Under the pieces are notes generated by a model. The model did no database searches. It saw only the letters and a program-made list of their open reading frames with translations, and was not told the DNA's origin. Positions 50,440 through 60,053 of a DNA stretch of 64,000 bases are shown here, piece by piece. The position numbers were made by a program, and so were the translations under genes. The DNA is from Spirochaetia bacterium (GTDB taxonomy: Bacteria > Spirochaetota > Spirochaetia > SP-2023), in the NCBI GenBank assembly GCA_965263295.1, contig OZ253665.1:2240001-2304000 (forward strand), in the 5' to 3' direction. Numbering within the stretch: the stretch's first letter is position 1; each line of letters opens with the position of its first letter.

Positions 50440-51981
50440 ATGGCCAAACTAAATCTGTCCAACCGCAAACTGCGCGTTTTGCTGGTGACCCCGGAAATCA
50501 GTTTTATACCCCGCAACATGGGCAAAATTTCGACAATCCTTCAGGTCAAGGGTGGCGGTCTAGCCGACATCAGTAGCGCCCTGGTCGAAGAGCTATTCTC
50601 GCGCAACATGGATATTCATGTTGCCATTCCTCACTACCGTCGTATTTTTAAGCGTGACCCAAGTACTATGGGTTCCAGCGATATGCATTTTTATTATCTG
50701 CATTATTCGGCCGCCGAGAAGGGAAACGAGACCCGTGTCCACTTTGCCGAAGACCGCTGTTTTTATTACCAGGACAGGGTTTATGATGAGCGCAGTGGCC
50801 CGGTATTGAATTTTTCGTTGTCGTTCCAACGCGAAACCATGAACCATATTATCCGCAGGGTGCGCCCGGATATTGTGCATTGCAATGACTGGACGACGGG
50901 TTTAATCCCCGGTTTTACGCGGCGTCTGGGCATTCGTAGTCTGCTGACTGTACACAATATTTATACCCAAAAGACAAGTTTGGCCCATATTGAGGATCGG
51001 GGCATTGACGCGCCACTTTTTTGGCAGAACCTGTTCTACATGAGACCGCCGGAGAACTACGAAGAGAGCCGGGAGCACAACCCCGTGGACTTGCTGTGTT
51101 CGGGCATATATTCCGCCACCCGCATAAATACCGTCTCGGAGGGTTTTCTGCGCGAAGTGGTCGATGGTTTTCACGATGTGCCGCAGAATATTCGTTACGA
51201 GATCCAGCAAAAATATCATCGCGGTTATGCCCACAGCATTCTAAATGCACCGGACTCCAGCTATGGGCCTGCCAGGGATGTGGCCTTGCGCGGGGCCCAT
51301 TACGACGCTGAAGATGATGTGATTGCGAAAAAGGCGGAACTGAAGTGCCAGGTTCAAAAAAAGTTTGGTTTGAAAGTAAATGCTCGCGCCCCGTTGTTTT
51401 TCTGGCCATCGCGGCTTGACCCGACGCAAAAGGGCTGTGAACTGTTGGCCGAGATTTTTTGCCATTTCATCACCGCGCACAAAGAGCAGGACCCACAGAT
51501 TTTTATCGTGGCCGACGGACCTTATTACGAAGTATTGCACGATATCATCCACTACCACAGAATGTTTGGGAATGCCGTAATTTGTCCATTTGACGATACC
51601 CTCTCGCGCCGGCTGTATGGAGCCAGTGATTTTATTTTCATGCCTTCGCGTTATGAACCTTGTGGCATGGCCCAGATGATCGCTCAGCTCTATGGTTCCT
51701 TGCCGATTGTGATGGCCACGGGAGGCCTGCGCGACACGGTGGAACACATTCAACTGGACGAAGAGTTGGGGCGGGGCAACGGTTTTTGCTTTGAAACCTA
51801 TGATAGTGGAGGGCTGTGGTGGGCCGCGGCTCAAGCGCTGCAATTTTATCGCCTGGATGCGGCACAGCGCTTGCCGGTCATCCGGCGCGTGATGCGCGAG
51901 GCGCAACAGCGCTATAATATTCAAGCTGTGGCGGATCGCTATGTGGAGCTCTACGAAGCTCTGGCCGGCACGCGGCTTTAG
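50440..51981 (+). CDS. glgA: Glycogen synthase (GT5)
   Basis: KGGGLAD, HCNDW, TVHN, SRL..QKG, MPSRYEPCG, TGGLRDTV. Confidence 0.9.
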   Translation: MAKLNLSNRKLRVLLVTPEISFIPRNMGKISTILQVKGGGLADISSALVEELFSRNMDIHVAIPHYRRIFKRDPSTMGSSDMHFYYLHYSAAEKGNETRVHFAEDRCFYYQDRVYDERSGPVLNFSLSFQRETMNHIIRRVRPDIVHCNDWTTGLIPGFTRRLGIRSLLTVHNIYTQKTSLAHIEDRGIDAPLFWQNLFYMRPPENYEESREHNPVDLLCSGIYSATRINTVSEGFLREVVDGFHDVPQNIRYEIQQKYHRGYAHSILNAPDSSYGPARDVALRGAHYDAEDDVIAKKAELKCQVQKKFGLKVNARAPLFFWPSRLDPTQKGCELLAEIFCHFITAHKEQDPQIFIVADGPYYEVLHDIIHYHRMFGNAVICPFDDTLSRRLYGASDFIFMPSRYEPCGMAQMIAQLYGSLPIVMATGGLRDTVEHIQLDEELGRGNGFCFETYDSGGLWWAAAQALQFYRLDAAQRLPVIRRVMREAQQRYNIQAVADRYVELYEALAGTRL

Positions 51982-52052
51982 TTCCTGACTTGCCGTGTGT
52001 TGTGCGAGCGGCAAGGGTGATTTGTGTGCCGGGCCGGGCAGGCTGGCGATAA

Positions 52053-54137
52053 ATGGGGGAAGGGAGGTCCTTGTCTGTGGAAAACTTGATGGACGGGCAG
52101 GAAAAATTTAAACGTTACCCCCTGATGGAACCTGTGGCATCGTTGAAAGATGATCCATATCTGGAAAACTTCAGGGCGCAGATTGCCGCCTGGCAGCGGC
52201 AGATTGACGATAAATACGCCCTGCTGTGCCAAGGCGCCGGCGCGGCGCAACTGCGCGATTTTGCCCTGGGGCATTTATTTTTTGGTTTGCACCGTCAGCC
52301 CGATGGCGGCTGGTTGCTGCGCGAGTGGGCACCCAATGCCTGCGAAATGTATTTGTTTGGCGACGCGACAGCCTGGCAGTTGCGCCCAGAATATCGCTTT
52401 GAGCGCTTGAATGCCGAAGGCGTCTGGGAACTGCGGCTGGGCGGGGAACAGTTACAGCTCCAAGAGTATTTTGCCTTGTGGCTGCGCTGGGAGTACGGCG
52501 ATCGCGGGCCAGGGGAGGGCCGTCGCCTGCCTTCGTATGCCAAACGAGTCGTGCAGGACCCCGAAACGAAGGTTTTTAGCGCGCAGGTCTGGGAAGACGA
52601 CTTCAAATTCCGCTTTAACTTTAGCCCGGCCCAGCTGCGGGCCCAGGAGCTGGAAGCGCCGATTATTTACGAGGCTCATGTCGGCATGGCGCAAGAGCAA
52701 GAAGATATCGGCAGCTACAGCCAGTTTAGGGAGCAGATTCTGCCCTACATTGCCCGGCTCGGCTACAATACCGTGCAGTTGATGGCAATCCAGGAACACC
52801 CTTACTATGGCTCTTTTGGCTACCATGTCGCCAATCCCTTTGCGGTGTCCTCGCGCTTTGGCCGCCCAGAGGAGTTCAAGGCGCTGGTGGACGAAGCCCA
52901 CCGCTTGGGCTTGCGCGTCATCATTGATCTGGTGCACTCACACCACGTGCGCAACGAGGACGAGGGCCTGGCGTACTTTGCCGGGCGGCGCGACCAGTAC
53001 TTGTATCCCGGAGATCGAGGCGAGCACCGCCAGTGGGACAGCTACGTCTATGACTACGGCAAGAATGAAGTGCTGCACTACCTGCTGTCCAATTTGCAGT
53101 TTTGGCTTTGCGAGTACAACATTGATGGTTTCCGCTTTGACGGCGTGACCAGCATGCTTTACGAGCACCGCGGCATGGGCACGGCTTTTACTGGCTACGA
53201 TGACTATTTTAATGGCTCGGTGGACGCCAATGCCCTGTGCTATCTGGCTCTGGCCAATCGCCTGATCCGCGAAATCCGCCCGCGCGCCATTACTGTGGCG
53301 GAGGATGTCAGCGGTTTTCCCGGCCTGGCAGCGCGCGAGTTGTTGGGCTTTGACTACCGCCTGGCCATGGGGGGGGCTGATTATTGGTTCAAGTTGCTCG
53401 ACATCGCGGACGAGGACTGGAACATGTTCGCCGTTTGGCACGAGATGTCGCAGGGCCGGCGCGATGAACGCACGATCAGCTATGTCGAGAGTCACGACCA
53501 GGCCCTCGTCGGCGGCAAGAGCTTTATTTTTACCATTATTGACAGCGACATGTATTGGCACATGGACCCCGAACACCGCACATTGCGCGTGGATCGAGGG
53601 CTGGCCCTGCACAAGATGGCCCGCCTGTTGACGCTGGCCAGCGCCCGCCACGGCTACCTGAATTTCATGGGGAATGAGTTCGGGCACCCCGAATGGATTG
53701 ATTTTCCGCGCGAAGGCAACAAGTGGAGCTACCACCATTCGCGCCGCATGTGGAGCCTGGCTTTCCGCGAGGATCTCTTGTTTGCCGGCCTGCGATTGTT
53801 TGAAGAGGACATGCAGGCCTTGCTGCGCAACGAAGGGACGCTGCGTCACGCGATCGACTGGTTGCACTTGTACGACCATGATAAAGTGATTTGCTTTCGC
53901 CGCGGAAGTTTGCTGTTCGTGTTCAACTTTCACCCGACGCAAGCCCTAAAGGACTACCGGGTGCCCGCGCCGCTGGCCGAGTATGAAATTGCTTTGTGCA
54001 GTGACGCCGCGCGTTACAGCGGTTTTGGCCTGCTCGATTTATCCCACCGTTACCACAGCCAGCGGAACGCGGATGGCGCTAGCTTTGTGCCGGTCTATTT
54101 GCCACCGCGGCAGGTCTTGGCCTTGAGGGCCCTGTAG
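52053..54137 (+). CDS. glgB: 1,4-alpha-glucan branching enzyme, eukaryote/Bacteroidetes-like type
   Basis: REWAPNA, IYEAHVGM, EHPYYGSFGYHV, GFRFDGVTSMLY, AEDVSG, YVESHDQALVG, NFMGNEFGHPEWIDFPR. Confidence 0.93.
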   Translation: MGEGRSLSVENLMDGQEKFKRYPLMEPVASLKDDPYLENFRAQIAAWQRQIDDKYALLCQGAGAAQLRDFALGHLFFGLHRQPDGGWLLREWAPNACEMYLFGDATAWQLRPEYRFERLNAEGVWELRLGGEQLQLQEYFALWLRWEYGDRGPGEGRRLPSYAKRVVQDPETKVFSAQVWEDDFKFRFNFSPAQLRAQELEAPIIYEAHVGMAQEQEDIGSYSQFREQILPYIARLGYNTVQLMAIQEHPYYGSFGYHVANPFAVSSRFGRPEEFKALVDEAHRLGLRVIIDLVHSHHVRNEDEGLAYFAGRRDQYLYPGDRGEHRQWDSYVYDYGKNEVLHYLLSNLQFWLCEYNIDGFRFDGVTSMLYEHRGMGTAFTGYDDYFNGSVDANALCYLALANRLIREIRPRAITVAEDVSGFPGLAARELLGFDYRLAMGGADYWFKLLDIADEDWNMFAVWHEMSQGRRDERTISYVESHDQALVGGKSFIFTIIDSDMYWHMDPEHRTLRVDRGLALHKMARLLTLASARHGYLNFMGNEFGHPEWIDFPREGNKWSYHHSRRMWSLAFREDLLFAGLRLFEEDMQALLRNEGTLRHAIDWLHLYDHDKVICFRRGSLLFVFNFHPTQALKDYRVPAPLAEYEIALCSDAARYSGFGLLDLSHRYHSQRNADGASFVPVYLPPRQVLALRAL

Positions 54138-54354
54138 CCAGTATACAAAATATGACAAATGGGCTGGACAAACGCCAAAAAAAGACTTACAATTTAAATA
54201 TATTAGTCAGCAAATTAATTAAGCATTAGAATTAATCAAACAATAAGAATTAATACGGGCCGCAATTGGCCGCGCCAGAAATTATTACATGCCATAATTA
54301 CATAACAAAAAAATATTTATATTGTCAAAGCTCCAATTATCGGGGGTTGGACCC

Positions 54355-57300
54355 ATGTTCCAGCGAATAGTGGAAAACATAGCCGCAAAAATATTGCAAA
54401 GAGTGGCAGGCGGGCGCTTGGCATTTTGGCGTTGGCCAAATGTTTCGGGGTTTTTTAGTGCCTTGAGCTTTCTCGCCGTGCTTGGCCTCGGCGCCTGTAA
54501 CGACTTGTCAATGCCCGATCCCAGTGACGGCGTAGCCGCCGGCCAAGCCTACATCGTGGTTAAAAATACCACTGCTGAGGAGCTGCTCATTGGCCTGGAT
54601 GAAAATGCCGACGACCAGGGCGCGCTCAACGATGAGCGCAGAACATTGTCTGTGGGTGCAGAGGAAGAGTTTGAAGTCGAAATTCCCGGCGACTCCCGTA
54701 AGGTCTGGTTGAAGCTGCCGGGCTATGCCGCCAAAGAAATTACGCTCAGGTCGAAAGAATTTAAAAAAATTACCGCGGATAGAGTCTACAGCTGCGTCAA
54801 TATGGAATTTAGCAGTTACACCACGAGCGGTAAAGGGATAAAAATTGTCCCCGACGACCCCGAAAAAATTGCCGGCAGCTCTGTGGTCTATCCAGATGAG
54901 GAGGGTGGTTGCCCGGCATTTGCGCAAAATCTTATCACAAGCACCGCAAACGCAGCCGGGGAGAACGAATTTAGCATAGAAGATGGGACGCGGGGTCAGG
55001 AAATAATAAAAGAATTTTCGATTGTGATTAGAGCAGACTACGAAGCGAAAGTGCGTTTTGAAAAGTTGGATGACTTGATCGGATTCGGCTACCAGAGCGA
55101 CAAGTCCCTGGTTGACCTGACCAAGGACGGCGAAGCGTTGGAATTGCAAATGACAGAGGATCCTCATGAATTTGTGCAGGAAAATAAGTTGCCAGAGCTT
55201 AATTTTGTGGACGGCACGGCGGCGGAAATATCTTTTGATGACAAGGAGAAATGGATTCCGCTCCATGACATTGATACACCGACATCACAAAAGTTTGAGG
55301 TGGAGTATTCGGACGCAGACGGCGATGAGCTGGGCTACTTCTTGATGGCCAATGTCGAGGCTTGGGAGAATGGCTCTCTTTTGCCCAAGACAGAAGAAAT
55401 TGTCGAGGAGAATGATTATAAAGAAGATCCGTCTAGAACTCATGAATTGAAATTGTATTCGCCGGTAAAGGGTAAGTCAGAGATTGCAAATATGAGCCGC
55501 GATCAGCGCCACAGGGTGGAAGTCACGGCGAGGGTGGACGATGGCATGAAGGATGGCCGGGGAAAAGCTGAGGTGACACGGACGCTGTACGTCAACGTGG
55601 CGCCAGAGATTGAGGCGCTGCAGTTTGGGGATGGCACGGATGTAAGTGACATTGTTGAGACTGAAAAGGATAATTGGCTGCAGCTGGATTCAGGCGATAA
55701 AACGAGTTTCTCGGTGGCGGCTAGGGACGCAGACGACGGCGCTGACTTGACTTACAGCTGGAAGGTCAACAACGAGAAACAGCAGGATAAAAAGACGGCG
55801 ACTGTGGAGCTGGACCTGGGCTCGACAGGCGCTCACGAGGTCGAGGTTGCGGTGACGGTGAGCGATGGTGCGGAAGAAAAAGATTCCCAAGCGCGAACGC
55901 TGTACGTGAATGTGAAGCCGACGCAGCCGACGGGGATAGAAGTCAAAGAACGGGGCCAACTGGTACCGGGCGAATCGGCACGGAATTACACGCTTGAGCT
56001 GGTCGGAGGCATGGATCCGGACGGCGATCAATTGGAATATGAGTGGGAGTACGTTGGTCCTACTACGGACAATATCGTTTTCAATCCAAGAGATTTGGTA
56101 AAGTCACTAGAATATTCTAAGATAGTGACCGTGAAGTTGCCATTGGGCCCGCATAAGATTCGCGCCCGGTTGAAAGATAAATACGGCGGCAAGGGCGAAT
56201 GGTTTGAGGAGGAAATTACGGTTGGGAACCATGCGCCGACGATTACTGAACTGAAGTTTGCGGATGACAAACTTGTAAAAAACATTGATGAGAATAACAA
56301 GGATGATTGGCTGCAGCTGGATTCAGGCGAGAAAACGAGTTTGACTGTGGAGGCCGCAGACCTAGATGGCGATGATTTGACTTACAGCTGGACGGTCAAT
56401 GGCGGGGACAAGAAAGTCACAACAGACCCGCGAGCGACGCTGGACCTGGGTTCGTTGGCTGAAAATCACAAGGTGGTGGTTGCGGTGACGGTGAGCGATG
56501 GCGTGGTAGACAGTAAGCCCTTCATGCGGACACTGTACGTGAATGTGGCGCCGAAGATTGACGAGATTAAAATCAAGAAAGATAACACGCAAGAAGTCCT
56601 GAAAAAGGATCAGGATATTTATACCAAAGATAAGCCACTGCAGCTGGATTCAGGCGAGAAGACGAGTTTCTCGGTGGCGGCTACGGACGCAGACGACGGC
56701 GCTGACTTGAGCTACACCTGGACGGTCAATGGCGAGGAACAGCAGGATAAAAAGACGGCGACTTTGGTGCTGGACCTGGGTTCGTTGGCCAAAGATCACA
56801 AAGTGGTGGTTGCGGTGACGGCGAGCGATGGCAATGGCGATAAAGGGAAAGATACAATCGAGCGAACGCTGTACGTCAACGTGGCGCCAGAGATTAAGAC
56901 GTTGAAGTTTGGGAATGGCACGGATGTAAGCGACATTGGTGAGAATAACAAGGATGATTGGCTGCAGCTGAATTCAGGCGATAAAACGAGTTTCTCGGTG
57001 GTGGCTACGGATGCAGACGATGGCGATGACTTGACTTACAGCTGGACGGTCAATGGCAAGGCTCCGCAGGAGAAAGATATGCAGGTGACGAAGACGTCAA
57101 CCGGCGAGACTGTGGAGCTGGACCTGGGTTCGTTGGCTGAAAATCACAAGGTGGTGGTTGCGGTTTCGGTGAGCGATGGCGTGACAGAAGTTCCCAAAAC
57201 GCGGACGCTGTACGTGAATGTGGCGCCGAAGATTGACGAGATTAAAATCAAGAAAGATAACACGCAAGAAGTCCTGAAAAAGGGTCAGGATATTTATACC

Positions 57301-59661
57301 AAAGATAATCCGCTGCAGCTGGATTCAGGCGAGAAAACGAGTTTCTCGGTGGCGGCTACGGACGCAGACGACGGCGCTGACTTGACTTACAGCTGGAAGG
57401 TCAACAACGAGGAACAGCAGGATAAAAAGACGGCGACTGTGGAGCTGGACCTGAGTTCGACCGGAGATCACAAGGTGGTGGTTGCGGTGACGGTGAGCGA
57501 TGGTGCGGAAGAAAAAGATTCCCAAGCGCGAACGCTGTACGTGAATGTGGCGCCGACGCCGACGGAGATAAAAGCCACGCCGGGCAAACTGGTAGAGAAA
57601 AATCCTGGCTCATTGGCACGGAAGTACACGCTTGCGCTGGTCGGGGGCACGGATCCGGACGGCGATCAATTGGAATACGAGTGGGAGTACGTTGGTCCTA
57701 CTACGGACAAGATCGTTTTCACGCCAGAGAATTCCCGTAACGTGACCGTGATTCTGCCATTGAACCAAACGCATATAATTCGCGCCCGGTTGAAAGATGA
57801 ACACGGCGCCGAGGGCGAATGGTTTGAGGAGAAAATTACGGTTGAGAACCATGCGCCGAGGATTATTGACGAGAATATTAAATACAGAAAAGGTGGATAT
57901 CGATATGAAGTCTTGGGAGATGATAAATACACCCAGGCTAGTCCGCTGCGGCTGACGGAAGAACAGAAGTGGAAGGTGGAGTTATTTGTGGCGCCTACTG
58001 ACGACGATGGAGATGACTTGAGCTACAGCTGGACGGTCAATGGCAAGGCTCCGCAGGAGCAAGGTATGCAGGTGAGAAAGGAGAGAAGCAGCGAGATTTT
58101 GGAGATGGACCTGGGTTCGTTGGCTGGAAAGCACGAAGTGGTGGTTGAGGTTTCGGTGAGCGACGGCGTGTTAGACAGTAAGCCCTTCATGCGGACACTG
58201 TACGTGGATGTGGAGCCAGTGATTACGTATCTTTCGGGTGAAGACAGCAAATGGGCCGATGAGGCTAACGATTATAAAAGCTGGATTCAGTTTCCTGCTT
58301 CACACATGGATGAAGTGGATAGCGGTGTGGCAAAGGAATTTACTGTGGAGGCTCGTGACCTAGATGGCGATGCCTTGGACTTCATCTTGATGATCAATAT
58401 GAAGGCTTCGGAGAAAAAGGGTAAGCCTATTGTTGTCCGGGACTCGCCTATGAATGAAAGAGAGTCCATCTACAAGGATAAAGAGACTATTGTCCTGTAC
58501 TCGCCTATGAATGAAAGAAAGTCCATCAGAACCAACTACAAGGATGAATATGAGGAGGATGAAGAAAAGAAACGCCACAAGTTGGTGGTTACGGCGGTGG
58601 CGAGGGATGGGACACTGGTAAAACACAAAAGTCGAACGCTGTACGTCAATGTGGCGCCGACGCAACCAACGGAGATAAAAGCCACAGCGGACAAACTGGT
58701 ATCGGGCGAATCGGAGTGGAAGTACACGCTTGAGCTGGTCGGAGGCATGGATCCGGACGGCGATCAATTGGAATATGAGTGGGAGTACGTTGGTCCTACT
58801 ACGGACAATATCGTTTTTAATCCAAGATATTTGATGAAGTCACTAGGAGATTCTAGGATAGTGACCGTGAATTTGCCATCGGGCAAGCATACAATTCGTG
58901 CCCGGTTGAAAGATGAATACGGCGGCAAGGGCAAATGGTTTGAGGAGGAAATTACGGTTGGGAACCATGCGCCGACGATTACGAGTCTTTCGGGCGAAGA
59001 CAGCGTCTGGGACGATGAGGCTAACAATTATAAAAGCTGGATTCAGTTGGATGCATTGGATAGCCCAGAGACAGAGAAATTCGCTGTGGTGGCCGAAGAC
59101 CTAGACGGAGATAATTTGACCTACACCTGGACGGTCAACGGCGAGACTCCGCAGACGAAAGATATCCAGGTGACGAAGAAGCTAACCGGCGAGACTGTGA
59201 AGCTGCAGCTGTACTCGCCCGTAAAGGACAAGACAGAAGATCAGATTAAAAATATGAGCGCTGAAGAGCGCCACAAGGTGGAGGTTGCGGTGACGGTGAG
59301 CGATGGCGTGACCAGTATTACTTCCAAACCGCGAACGCTGTACGTGAATGTGAAGCCGACGAAGCCAGAGATACAATTTGAGGAGCCGAGGAATCCAGGG
59401 GAGAAGTACAGTTTTAAGTTAGTTTCGGGAAGTGATCCGGATGATGATGACGTAAAATACGATTGGGATTTAGGCAATTTAGCTTTAGAAGAGTCTGAAG
59501 TTTTTGATATCGAGCTTCAGTCAGAGAAGTCTCTAGAGCAGTCCAGCGAAGTGACCGCGCCTTGGGAATTAGGTGGTTATGAGTGGATAATTCAGGCCCG
59601 GCTGATAGACCCGTACGGAGGCAAGGGTGACTATTCGGATTTTAACGGAGCAGGCTTTTAA
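54355..59661 (+). CDS. Very large surface lipoprotein with tandem Ig/cadherin-like repeats (putative adhesin)
   Basis: Hydrophobic stretch ending VLGLGA-C. About 12 modules of ~110 aa bounded by TLYVNVAP/NHAP, with DxDGD and LTYSW.VN motifs. Start ATG 54355 (track: 54322). Confidence 0.85.
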   Translation: MFQRIVENIAAKILQRVAGGRLAFWRWPNVSGFFSALSFLAVLGLGACNDLSMPDPSDGVAAGQAYIVVKNTTAEELLIGLDENADDQGALNDERRTLSVGAEEEFEVEIPGDSRKVWLKLPGYAAKEITLRSKEFKKITADRVYSCVNMEFSSYTTSGKGIKIVPDDPEKIAGSSVVYPDEEGGCPAFAQNLITSTANAAGENEFSIEDGTRGQEIIKEFSIVIRADYEAKVRFEKLDDLIGFGYQSDKSLVDLTKDGEALELQMTEDPHEFVQENKLPELNFVDGTAAEISFDDKEKWIPLHDIDTPTSQKFEVEYSDADGDELGYFLMANVEAWENGSLLPKTEEIVEENDYKEDPSRTHELKLYSPVKGKSEIANMSRDQRHRVEVTARVDDGMKDGRGKAEVTRTLYVNVAPEIEALQFGDGTDVSDIVETEKDNWLQLDSGDKTSFSVAARDADDGADLTYSWKVNNEKQQDKKTATVELDLGSTGAHEVEVAVTVSDGAEEKDSQARTLYVNVKPTQPTGIEVKERGQLVPGESARNYTLELVGGMDPDGDQLEYEWEYVGPTTDNIVFNPRDLVKSLEYSKIVTVKLPLGPHKIRARLKDKYGGKGEWFEEEITVGNHAPTITELKFADDKLVKNIDENNKDDWLQLDSGEKTSLTVEAADLDGDDLTYSWTVNGGDKKVTTDPRATLDLGSLAENHKVVVAVTVSDGVVDSKPFMRTLYVNVAPKIDEIKIKKDNTQEVLKKDQDIYTKDKPLQLDSGEKTSFSVAATDADDGADLSYTWTVNGEEQQDKKTATLVLDLGSLAKDHKVVVAVTASDGNGDKGKDTIERTLYVNVAPEIKTLKFGNGTDVSDIGENNKDDWLQLNSGDKTSFSVVATDADDGDDLTYSWTVNGKAPQEKDMQVTKTSTGETVELDLGSLAENHKVVVAVSVSDGVTEVPKTRTLYVNVAPKIDEIKIKKDNTQEVLKKGQDIYTKDNPLQLDSGEKTSFSVAATDADDGADLTYSWKVNNEEQQDKKTATVELDLSSTGDHKVVVAVTVSDGAEEKDSQARTLYVNVAPTPTEIKATPGKLVEKNPGSLARKYTLALVGGTDPDGDQLEYEWEYVGPTTDKIVFTPENSRNVTVILPLNQTHIIRARLKDEHGAEGEWFEEKITVENHAPRIIDENIKYRKGGYRYEVLGDDKYTQASPLRLTEEQKWKVELFVAPTDDDGDDLSYSWTVNGKAPQEQGMQVRKERSSEILEMDLGSLAGKHEVVVEVSVSDGVLDSKPFMRTLYVDVEPVITYLSGEDSKWADEANDYKSWIQFPASHMDEVDSGVAKEFTVEARDLDGDALDFILMINMKASEKKGKPIVVRDSPMNERESIYKDKETIVLYSPMNERKSIRTNYKDEYEEDEEKKRHKLVVTAVARDGTLVKHKSRTLYVNVAPTQPTEIKATADKLVSGESEWKYTLELVGGMDPDGDQLEYEWEYVGPTTDNIVFNPRYLMKSLGDSRIVTVNLPSGKHTIRARLKDEYGGKGKWFEEEITVGNHAPTITSLSGEDSVWDDEANNYKSWIQLDALDSPETEKFAVVAEDLDGDNLTYTWTVNGETPQTKDIQVTKKLTGETVKLQLYSPVKDKTEDQIKNMSAEERHKVEVAVTVSDGVTSITSKPRTLYVNVKPTKPEIQFEEPRNPGEKYSFKLVSGSDPDDDDVKYDWDLGNLALEESEVFDIELQSEKSLEQSSEVTAPWELGGYEWIIQARLIDPYGGKGDYSDFNGAGF
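55585..59360 (+). repeat. Intragenic near-identical modular DNA repeats
   Basis: About 56533-56710 vs 57208-57385, 55681-55912 vs 57316-57547, and 55988-56090 vs 58724-58826 are nearly identical. Confidence 0.9.
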
Positions 59662-59726
59662 TCTGAGCATTCCGATTGGCACAGATAAACACCTTGTGCG
59701 GGTGGCGGGGGAACTTTAAAGGGAAT

Positions 59727-59984
59727 CACGAAAGGGCACGAAAATTAGCGAAAGGTCACGAAAGTTAGGTTGGGGAGCCGCGGGTGGCACGATGGGGAGC
59801 TGCGGGTGACAGGGAAAAAGTTAAAAAAGGGGACGGCAGCCAAGAAGGGCGTCCAGGCAGCAGGCGCGGTGTTTTAGAATTTTTCGTGTTGTTTTGTATT
59901 TTTTGGTGTATTTCGTGGTTACTTGGCCAGAAACTCTGAGAGGGAGCCACGAAAGTACACGAAAGGTTGCGAAAAGTCACGAAA
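59727..59984 (+). repeat. Two arrays of four 10-bp-phased CACGAAA boxes
   Basis: Boxes at 59727/37/47/57 and 59948/58/68/78; inverted TTTCGTG at 59882 and 59911. Confidence 0.85.
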
Positions 59985-59986
59985 TA

Positions 59987-60016
59987 TAGACAGGCGAGCC
60001 GCAGGTGGGATATAAT
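59987..60016 (+). promoter_or_regulatory. Probable argJ promoter
   Basis: TAGACA (59987-92), 18 nt spacer, TATAAT (60011-16). Confidence 0.55.
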
Positions 60017-60053
60017 AGGCCGGAGCCGCTCAAACCCGGCCGCCACAAGCCCC

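Noticed and set aside
54355..59661. Diversity-generating retroelement target
   Set aside because: No reverse transcriptase in the window, and repeat differences are not adenine-specific or confined to a C-terminal variable region.
59727..59984. CRISPR array
   Set aside because: Units are 7 bp with 3-bp spacers, and there are no cas genes.
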